Assembly: GCA_051252135.1 (NCBI GenBank)
Contig: JBPOGH010000020.1
Location: 1 to 64,000 of the forward strand
Direction of reading: 5' to 3'
Length of the DNA stretch: 64,000 nt
Origin: Verrucomicrobiaceae bacterium
GTDB taxonomy: Bacteria; Verrucomicrobiota; Verrucomicrobiia; Verrucomicrobiales; Akkermansiaceae
Below, in pieces: positions 15,001 to 25,900 of this stretch. The notes under the pieces are model-generated. The model searched no databases, was not told the origin of the DNA, and saw nothing but the letters and a program-made list of their open reading frames with translations. Position numbers and translations under genes: made by a program. Each line of letters opens with the position of its first letter. The stretch's first letter is position 1.

Positions 15001-16950
15001 TCTCCACGGGTGGGAATTAGCTACGCCCTCGATGTCGACGGGATCCCAAGCACACCTGCAGTGACCATCGCAGCCGGTCTTACGGTCTCCGGCACGGGAG
15101 TCTACCTGGAAGTTCTTGGTCAACGTCTCACTGGAAACTTTGTCTTCCAGAAATCGGCGACCGGTGAAATTGTCATCGCCCTTAAGAATGTCGTGCTTGA
15201 ACTGGGTGACGGCGACGAGGTGTTCGTCACGGCGACAGTCCAAAGCGGAGTCATCCTCATCACACAGGCTGGCATCGCAGCCGATCTTCGGGTGGGTATC
15301 AGCCTCTCGCCAACGCTGAGCCAGGATATTCAATTCTCGGCCGATAACATCTTCCTCAAGATCAACACCACAAACGCCAAGGTGACCCGGACCGTTCAGG
15401 TCGGGAGTGCCGGCGCAGTGACGATCGATGTTCAGAAGGGTCCGTTCTTCAAGGTGCAGGCAGGTGCCACCGGATCGGCGACTGTTCCTGCATCTCCGGT
15501 ATCGTTGACTGTATTTGGGCAAACGATTGAGGCCGTGTTCTTCTTCGAACAGACGACCACTGCTGCAAATGTGCAGGTTGTCAGGATCGGCCTTTCCGAT
15601 GTTTCCATTTTCCTCGGCGACCGTAAGGGTGCGGGTGCCGATGACGACATGGGAGTCTTCCTCAGAGATGGCTTCGGAAGTATCCTGATCACCCAGCAAG
15701 GGGTCGCCGGTGAGTTTGGAGGCACAACCGGTCTCACCCAGGCTCTGATGGATGAGATTGGGGGAGGATTCACCGCGAACCTCAGATTCCAGATCAATAC
15801 TCTTGGGGTCGCAGTGAACGAGCGCTTCGACTTCATCAATGCAGCGGGTCAAACCGAGACCACGATTCTCAAACTGAAAAAAGGACCATTCTTCCGTGCG
15901 GAAACATTGCCAAATGCGGACGGTTCTCCGGGAGCGGTGATTACGATTGGTGGCCTTGCGCTTCGCGGAGACTTCGCCTTCGAAAAGGGCCAACTTCGAA
16001 TCACACCGACCAGTGCACCGGTAGAGGTTCTTTCCATTGCCGCAGTGAACGTGAGCATCGCCCCAACGGGAGACGTGAGCACTGGTATTTCAAATGCTGC
16101 CGGAGCGATCCTCTTCCTCCCTGCCGTCGCACCAACGGCGACAACGCCGGCGCGGACCGCGGGAATCGCTGCTCTCGTGACAGGTCGCGCCGAAGTTCAA
16201 GCTGCGGGATTCGATGCCGGAGTGAGTATCGGGGTGGGCATCAACACAACCGGAGCTGCGGTCGATACCAAGCTCTCAGTGGGTGGCACGGAAATTTCAG
16301 TAAGGCTCAGTGATGCGACCTTCAGCGTTCTTGCCCAGGACCTCGACTTCAACTTCGGGGACTTCCTGGAGATCGACGGTAATTTCGCAATCTCCGGCGG
16401 AACCTTCTCTGGCTCCGGTCTTAACATCTTCCTGGGTCAAGGGCCATACAAGCTGGATGATGGATCGATCAACAGCGACGCCATCGGCGTTCTCCTGAGT
16501 AACGGAACCATCGACTTTAAGACTTTGGGAACGACAGCGGGTGACGGACTCTATGCCATTAAGGCCACCGGGAATCTCGCACTGGTCGGACTTGATGGTC
16601 TTACTGTTCAGGGTAACGTTACCCTGCTGATCAACACCTCGACCACCGCGGTTGATCTCGGGGGTCAATCCATCGCACCGGGAACCTTCTCCTTCGTTGC
16701 CCGAGGAGCTGAATTTAGCATCGGCAATCGCTTCAGCGTAGGAGGCACCTTCGTCATTTCCCGACGTCCGAATGGTGACCTTGATGTTCTTATTGGAGGT
16801 GGATCGGTTTCCATCAACGACGAGAATGGCGATTCTCTCTTCGGAGTGACCGGAAGCGCATCCTTCTCCATCACCCAGGCAGCAGGGTTCAAACTCACTT
16901 CCTTCAAGGTCCGTGGGTTCTCGATCATGGATCAGATGGGCCTTGAGTCA
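1..16950 (+). repeat. Array of ~120-130 aa beta-strand-rich repeats in the giant protein
   Basis: About 26 copies of (L/I)PAGP(F/Y)xRV..LxIAGQxLSGxFxFEQ and LxINxTGxAVxE; anchors at e.g. 841, 1201, 2401, 2764, 3940, 4300 (spacing ~360 nt within pairs). Confidence 0.85.
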
Positions 16951-19900
16951 GGCACGGTCGATAATAGCGCCGGAAATAACAATGGCTTTAGCGGCACTGA
17001 CTTCTTCCCAACTGCCGACCTCGCCGGCCCCATCACGGGAGGAAAGATTGTGGGGAGTGATCTCCTGAACAAACGCTACATCGATATTCAGTACAATGAC
17101 TTGAACAATGTCGGACTGAATAACAACACGATCACCGATATCGCCCAGGAGTTTGTCGTTAAGATCAACGGACAGACCAACCACAACCTCGTCTTCAACG
17201 GAGCGCCAACCAAGGTATCGGGCAAGCCAAATACCTGGAGGTATCAACTCACGAGCGGCACACTGACTACCGATCAGCTCAATAGCCGCGTAACGATCGA
17301 ATTCAATTCCGGTTCCTTCTCGGACAACGGCGGAATCGGTAATTTCCCGGAGATCGAATACTTCAATGTCGTCCCAAGTGCGAACGTCCTTCCGGGTGCC
17401 ACCGCAATTATATCGAGCCCAACCAATGGCGGAGCCGTTGATGCAGCGGCTCTGAATCAGAAACAGTATCTCGACGTTACATTCTCCTCACAAGATGGCA
17501 CGCCAATCAACAAGGCTACAATCATCGACACCATTCCATTCAAGCTGAGTGGCACAGGACTTGATCGTATTCAGCTCAACCCGGACGGCACCCCGATTCT
17601 TCGAGGTAGCCAACCACTTCTGACCTCCGGGTTTGAAGACACGGCGCTGAGCGTAACATATCGTTACTTCCTGACCCCAATCGCCCCGCCAGCACCCGAG
17701 CCGGTTCAGCCCGGGCAACCTGCTCCGGCACCACCGGCTCCCTCACTCTTTAAAGGTGGGCAAGTACGGGTTAGCTTTATCAACGACAGCTTTGCCAGTG
17801 TGGGGAACACGGCTGCCGGAAGTCTTAATAAGGGCAGTATCACCCAGTCCTTCACCGTTGATCCCACCGTCGCAGGTTCGGCTGCCGCAAGTGGTTCAAT
17901 CAATATCGGACCACTTGAGGTTGAAGGACCCACGATCGGGCTTGAGGATATTGGGTTTAAGGACGGCCTTCTCATTCTCACCATTGGAATTGGGGTGAAT
18001 CGCGCGAGCCTCGCCTTTGGAGGAGGAGGAAATGCGACAGGTGCCAACGGCCAACAGACCAGCATGAGTAATTCCCAGGCTGACAGTGGAATCAAGGCCG
18101 AGCTACTTGGAGTCCTTGGAACCTTTGACATCGCCGTTGATGCCTTCGGTCTCCTGAGCGGCAATGTGGACATCAACCTGACAGGGAAGTGGGGCCTGCG
18201 TGTCGGAGTTCTGGAGATCGACGTCCCTGATGTAGTCAACGTAACGGCCCGCGGAATCAACATTAACTACGATCCGTCGTTCGGAGCCGAGGGCTCGGCA
18301 ACCGAAGGGATGGCCCAGGAGCTGGTGAAGATCGACAACGCGGTCATTCAGATTCCTGCCGTAAACATTCAAGGCACTCTCAATGATGTGACCATTCGCG
18401 ACAATGGCTTCACTCTTGGAAATGCTGAAATCTGCTATGGATGTCTCGACGCCCCGAACTCAGGAACCGCGCTCAATGCCGACGGGACAGTCGCTTCCAG
18501 CCAGACTGCCGCGATCAAGTTGGGAACCGTTCTGGAGTTCGACGATATCCGAATTGGAGTGAATAATTTCACCGTCAATTTTGACGCTGAAAACCCGGTC
18601 GACTTTGATGGGGAGATTTACATCGCCTCGGGTGGAGTTCGCTTCCTTCCGGGTAAGGCCATCAGCGGAACCCTGAGTGACCGCAATGATTCCACCGATG
18701 TGACCAATGGTATCCAGAATACCGAAGCGGTCCGGGCCACCTTGAGTTTCACCAACGGAAAAGTTGATTCCTTCAAATTCCATGTTGATACCCTGGAGCT
18801 GAATCTCAGCAGTTTCGTTACACTTCGGGCTACCGACTTCATGCTTGATACCGGTGCTGCCGATGACGAGGTGTTGGTCTCCTTTATGAGTGTTGGTGCG
18901 ACGGTGAAAATCGGTTCACTGCTCCTTACCGGTGAAGCCCGTCAGTTCCGTGTTATGGGTGATGGTAGCTTCGATGCTCTTCCAGGCTTCGGAGTGTTTA
19001 TCAGCATCGGTTCCGCGACTGGGGAGTCATTCAAATGGCCTTCGTTCCTTCCAATCAAGATCACTCAAATCGGAATCCAGTGGGATGATATTGAAAATGA
19101 TCCCGGCGACTTTGTCCTGATCCTCTCGGCCGAGGTGACAGAGATTAAGGGAGTGAAGGGGTTGACCTTCTCGGGAGCCGTTACCGGGATCAAGATTTCT
19201 CCGAAGCTCTTGATCGAGGGCGAGAACCCGATCATTGGTATTGAGTCCCTTGGAGTCAGTATTTCCGGCAATCTCTTTGGTGGTGAAGTCACCGCGACCC
19301 TGATCGGAGGCATTCTCCGTCTTGATGAGCAGTATAATATTATTTCCGCTCTCGATACCGTTACGCCGGTTGAGCAGCGCGTGTTCTTCATCGGTCTGGA
19401 GGGTAAGTTTGCGATCGCAGGCATCGGCGGATTCGGTATCCGATTCGCACTCTCCGAGCTCGGACCTCTCAGCGTTCTCCTCAATGCCGACATTCCGATC
19501 ACAGTCGAGCCGATCTCAGGTCTCACCATTTCCGACTTCACCGCCAGCGTTGAGTTCTTCAAGACCCTGCCTTCCATTGATGATCCGTTCGCGCTTCGCG
19601 GATCTGCCTTTGCGCCTCCGGGAGATATCGATGTCTCCACTTGGCTCGATACGGTTCGCAGTCAGGTAGCGACCCAAGCCCGACTTGTGGCAGCCAATCC
19701 GGCATTGAATGGATTTACCGCAGCATTCAATTCGCCACTGACCATTTCCGGTAGTGCGCGTATCTATTCGCTCTATACCTCACAAGCACTCTTCAACGGC
19801 AAGGTCTTCATCAAGATTTCCACCGATGGTAAGTTCCTCGTAGGCGGTCAGCTAAACTTCATCGATAACAACATCAGCATTTCCGGTAAGCTCTATGCCG

Positions 19901-22900
19901 ACCTTTCGAATGTCGCCAATGGCGATGTGACTGTCCTCTTCCTCGCGGACATTCCGGATCAGATCGAACTGCTTTCCATCTACGGTAAGTTGAAGATGGG
20001 CTTCCGTAATTCCGCAGGAGATGAGGTCGAGTTCGTGGTGGCTGCCAACTCGACCGCGATCCCCGGTGGTGGCCAGCCGACTGCCGATCTCATTGCCCCG
20101 GTCGGAAATGGTGAGGCCATTGATTCCGGCGTGATTAATGACGCCGGCAACATGTTCCGCCATACGGATGGCTCTGATTACTACTACGTCGACGTCAACT
20201 ACAACTCATCGGGATCAGTTTCACTTGATTACGAATCAATTCTCGACACTCCGGGTGAGTTCACCCTGTCTCGCAACGGATCAACAGTCGCTACTCTCGG
20301 AATCATGGTTCCGGTGGATACGATCATCAACCAATTCGGGATCGTAGAAACTGCCGCCCTCGTATTCAGACCTGCCTCGGGCGATGACGAGGCCCGGATC
20401 GTTCGGGTTGTGAAGGATGATGCTGAAGCCTCCGGCTATCGTGATGAGATTGTTCTTACGGCCTCCGATGTGCCGGATATCACCGCTACGGGAACCGAGC
20501 TGGAGAATGCTCTGCTTGTAGCCGCCCTCCGCACTACCGGAGTCCGTCGTTTCCGCTACCTCCTCGACACCAGCTTTGAAAAGGGAGATTACCAACTGAC
20601 GTTTGCGGCTGATGCCTTCAAGCACGCTGATATCACCGATGAGGATGGCATTGTGGTCACACCGGGAATTGGCAATGAGGAATTCACTCTTGGATTTGTG
20701 GTGGAAGGAGCAAGTGCGCGACTTGTCGACCCGACCACCGGTGCAAATCTCGATATCAACACGATCAACGGACGAACCTTCATCGATGTTGAATTCGTCA
20801 GCCCGACGAGTGGCACTCTCGACTTCCTGGAAAGCTCGATCACCGACCTCAGCCCTGAGTTCCGCCTAACCGGTGCAGGTCTGGGATCAATTACTCTTGA
20901 TAATAGCACGGCACCGATCCGATTGAATGGCGGAGTGGGTCATACTTACCGCTACTTCTTGCAAGGCAACTTTGCGGAAAATGCAGCTGGCGAGATCGAC
21001 GGAACGATCCAGCTCAGTTTCCTTGAGAATGCATGGTCTTACGTTGATAGCAGTCTTGTTCCGGAAGACGTCGACAACCAGGTTGTGCAGACTCCTGCCG
21101 GCGGCAACTTCCAGGCCGGGGACACCGGGCCGATTGTTTTCGAGGTTGTCTTTGATGCTGCCAACGGAGTCACTCCTCCAGCAGGGTTCGCGCTCGACCC
21201 GGGCTCGCTAACTGATGCCAACATCGAGTTCATCGACTTTGATCCAGCTACTCCCGGAATTCAGTTTGAGTCTCCTGCGGGAATCGTAGTGACCCTCAAC
21301 CGGACAATTGATGTCAGCTACTCACCGGACTCCAAAACTCTCAGTATTCCCACGACCTATCGGATTGCAGACGACGCGACAGCCCCCGGTTCATCCTTTG
21401 CGATCACCGTGGATATTGATCCCGCCTCATTAGGATTTAAGGTAGTGGATGGCGTCGTTTCAGGAACGCAGCCGGGAGACACCAAACAGCTTAAAGATGC
21501 ATCGGCCGCCTCAGCTGGTGATGTGATTGCTTCAAACGACCGCACCTTTATCGATATTCTCTTCGCAGGAAGTGCCGGCCAGCAATTGGATTCAGGCTCC
21601 GTTCTCGATACCGATCCTGAGTTTGTTCTTACTGGAATCGGAGTGGGTTCCGCGACTCTTCTCACAGTAGACAACCCACTGGAACTCGGTGGCAATGTCT
21701 TCCGTTACTTCATCATGGGCGACTTCGAGGTGGGACGGGTGAATCTCGATTTCATTGCGAATTCATGGATGGATGGCTCAGGTGAAACCAATCACGCATT
21801 CACCCGCTCCTACACTGTTCAGGGAAGCACCGCGGATGTCATCGTCACCCGCAACGAGGTTCCCTACAGTCTGGATGGCTCGGAGGTCGGCTTGGCTGAA
21901 ATCAATGATGCCGGGTTCATTGACATCACCTTCCGTCCATCGAATGGAAACACTCTCGAGCACAGCTCGGTCAACGGTGATGAAATCATTCTGACCGGTC
22001 CGGACGGCACCGTAGTTAGCTTCGCAGGCACTCCAATGCGCATCAGCGGAACGGATACCTTCCGCTACACACTGGGTGAAGACCTCGCCATCGGAGTATA
22101 CACTCTTACGATTGCGGCCAATAGCTTCTCCGATTCTGCCGGGTTTACCAATCTGGAGGAAACAGAACGCTTCACAGTCAACGTCGCCCGCGCGACGCTT
22201 ACCAATCCGCCATCGGGATCGACGGAGAATCGTGAAACCCTGAATGGTCGCGGATACATCGACATCGTCTTTGATGATGTGGTCACTCCGACGCTGAATT
22301 CGGACGAGCTTCAGATTGGCTCCACAAGTGCATCGATTGACCCTGATAGTATCCTTGATGAAGGACCGGAGTTCCTTCTCTTCGATGGGGACGGCAACCA
22401 GATTAATGTGGAAGCAGTTCCTGTCAGTCTGGGTGGCAACAGCTTCCGGTATTTCATCCAGTCCGGTGCCGCCGGTGACAGCTTCCGCGTCCAGTTCCTG
22501 CCGGGATCATGGGAAGATGGAAACGGAAATAAGGTAACTTCCGAGCAGGCCAGCGGATACATTGCCGCTGAACAGGTTCCGGCAGATACGGATGGTGTCA
22601 TCGATATTCAATTCAACGGAATCCGCGGAACTGCGAATGGTGAGTTCGTGACCTTTGAGATCGACTACGACACGGTCATGGATGCCGATGATGAGATCAC
22701 GGTCCAGATCACGGATGCTGACGGAAATCTCGTCACCGTTGAACTCGACGACACTCCAATTGATCTGGGTAACGGCCGCTTCCGTTACGTCCTGACAAAC
22801 GGAGAAAGCACGGACAATGCCGTCGTAACCTTCAATGCCGACACTTGGGAGATCGACAATGGTCGCACGGTTAATCAGGCCGACATCGATGCTCCTGCGA

Positions 22901-25900
22901 TCAATGTTGCGGGAGCCGCAGTCGATCCCGGAAACCCAACCCGTGCCGGGCCTTACTTCGACATCACATACACACCAATCGACGGAACTGAAGTTGATGC
23001 ATCCACCATTCTTGGTGATGATGATGAGTTCATCCTTTCAGGTGCACAGGCGCAGAACCTGGTCTTCGTCGATGTCTATGATCTGGGCAACAACACCTTC
23101 CGTTATCTCTATCAGGGTCAACTTGATACCGGCATCATGGAGGTTCAATTTGTGGAGGGCGCGTGGGCCGATACCGCTGGAAACCTTGGTCAGGCCAGCA
23201 CATCCGCAATTAAGATTCTCACCGAATCCGAGTCCTTCTTTATCGAAATCAGCGGTGGGATTGTTCTCAACTCGGGAGGATTCCTCGATGAACCCATCAT
23301 TGAGCTCTCCGGCGAGATCATCATGGAATTTGACACGACCCGAAGTGTCTTCCAACTCGATTTCAGCGCTCAACTCGCACTTTATAAGCTCGGATCGGTC
23401 GGAGCTGTGGCAGGTCGCTTTGTAGTCGATAATTCCCGCACCGTTTCTGATAACGTTCAGATTTGGGGTGTTGCCGCTCTTCGCACGAACTTCTCCTTCC
23501 TTGAGCAATACGGACTCTACCTCAGTGCCGAGGGCACCCTGCAGCTGAACCTGACCTCACAGCAGAAGACCGAAACACTCACCTTTAAGGGACTTGATGG
23601 CGGAGCTGATCGCACTGAGACCTTCGTCCTTGCTCCGGAACTCTTCGCAATCGAGCTGGTTGGCTACGCACGTGTCCGTCCTCCGGGAACGTCCACAGAT
23701 GTGCTCAGTCTGGAAGGGGGCTTCTACCTCAGCTTCAGTCCGTCCCGGTTCGAATTGTTCGTTAACGCGTCACTTTCGTTCGGCGCAGGGGAGTCATCGA
23801 TCAACTTCGGTGAGGCGACCGGTCTTCTGGTTATTCAGACCGGTCTTGGTGCTGGCGAAAATACCGGTCTCGCTGGATCCTTCCGCGTCTCCAAGGGAGC
23901 GGATATTGGTCTTCCCGATGTCGGCAATATCTTCAAGGCCAGTGGGTCCGTCACGGTAGTGGTTAACACCACGCTTCAGGATGTGATCTTCCAGCTTCCC
24001 GACTCCTTCCTTGCCATCATCGATGGAGACGAGCTTCCCGGATTTGCAGCCGGGGGAACGATTGATTCGAATGGTGACGGGGTCATCAACGAAGAGGATA
24101 AGGCCTCCTTCACGATCTTCGAAAGCGCGCCGGGCATTGACGGCAGCCGTCGTGCGGAGGGAGTGCCCGAGGTTTATGCCACTGCGATCATTCAGGCTGA
24201 GCTCATTATTGGAGACTTCATCGAACTTGTAGGATTCCTCCAGATTACGATCGCTGCAAATAGCGACGGCGGGCGACTTTCGATCACCGGAGCGGTCAGC
24301 ACGACGATCCCACTTCTGGGAACTCTGACCGGAACCTTGAACTTCGATGTCTTCCTGGGAGTTGAGACCGGAATTGTGGGTCGCGTGGTTCTTTCGCTAT
24401 CGAACACCGATATTCCGGATGTGGAAATTGCCGGAATCATTATCCTTGAGATCAACACCTTCGGAACGACCCGGGACGTCACCAACTTCAAGACCAAGAC
24501 CAAGACCTACACCCGAAGTGACGGGTCTTCACTGACGGTGTTTGACGGCTTTGAACGGGATACGAATGGCGACCTCATTACCGATACCGTCACGATTGAA
24601 ACGGTGGGTGGATTCAAGCTGGAACTCGCCGGACTCCTTACCGTTTCGGACAAGTTTGAGTTTGTGGGTTATGTTCGCTTTACGTTGGAGCTGGCAGGAG
24701 ATGATCCGGGAATTGAACTTCTGGTGCTTGCCAGCCTCAGAATTGAAGGCATCGGTTCCGTTCAGGTTGATGGCGGCTTCCGGATCAATAGCCAGGGTCT
24801 GGTGGCCCGCGCTGCAGTCTCTCTAGATGTCGGATTTGGAGGAGATATCGGACTCGATTTCTCGGTGAGTGCCGTCATTCAGTTGAACACCACCGGTGTT
24901 AATCAAGAACTTGGAATGGCGACGATTCCTCCCGGATTCCTTCTCGCGCTCCAGGGAAGTGTCGAGTTCCTGGGGATCGCGACCGCACAGGGTTCCGTCT
25001 CACTCTTCATTGGGCCGGATGGATTCGAATTCCTCTTCGATGTCAGCTTCAATATTGCCGGTGTTCTTACCTTCTCCGCAGCTGGAGGAGCCGCAGTCTA
25101 TGTCAACCAGCCTGCGGGTCAGAACGGTCTGGCTCTGGTCCTTAATGTCGTGGTTGATGCCGATGTCACCATTGCTTCCTTCGAGGCTTCCGGACTGCTG
25201 ATCATCAACACGACGAACATTGCCCGTGTTCTTGGAACGCAGAATCTCGCCGCAAACGTCTTCATTCTGGATGTCTCCGGTAAGATTGAGGTCCTCAAGG
25301 TTCTTAAGATCGATGCTGATTTCCGAATCGAGATCGGTGAGGACTACTGGTCGATTGCCTTCAGCGTTGACATTGATTTCTTCGGACTGGCCAAACTCAC
25401 CGGAAGCTTCTTCCTCGATTCCGATGGCATGTTTGACATCAACATTAGTGGCTATGTGAGTCTCGGTGGTGGTGGCACAGGACTCTTTGGAAACTTCAGT
25501 TTCCATGTTCGTTCCGGATTCCTTGGAACCGATACCAATGGTGACGGTAAGATTAGCGGCAACGAGATTGAGACCGATAACATCGGGAATCCGCAGTATG
25601 AGTTCCTCCTCAGCGGTTCCGCCCAGGTCTCGGCGAAGATCTTCGGCATCACTCTTGCGTCCTTTGGATTGAGCTTCAGCTTCCGGGCGGCCGGAGCCGG
25701 GGAAACTCCGATTGTTCTGACAGTATCTGTCCGGATTAAGATTCTCTTCGTTAAGATCACCAAGACGGCACGCTTTAAGATCGGAGTCCTTCAGCTACCC
25801 AAGCCGGTTTATTTGGGCGCCAGCCAAGGCAACCCCCAGGCATGGGTTGAGAACACCGCTACCGGTTCTCCGCTCTACTTGAATGTCGGCAGCCGTTCGG

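Noticed and set aside
14587..15993. Long antisense ORFs (also 1111-2391, 9574-10779, 31174-32712, 40852-42015 and others)
   Set aside because: Shadows of biased codon usage on the coding strand; no recognisable motifs.
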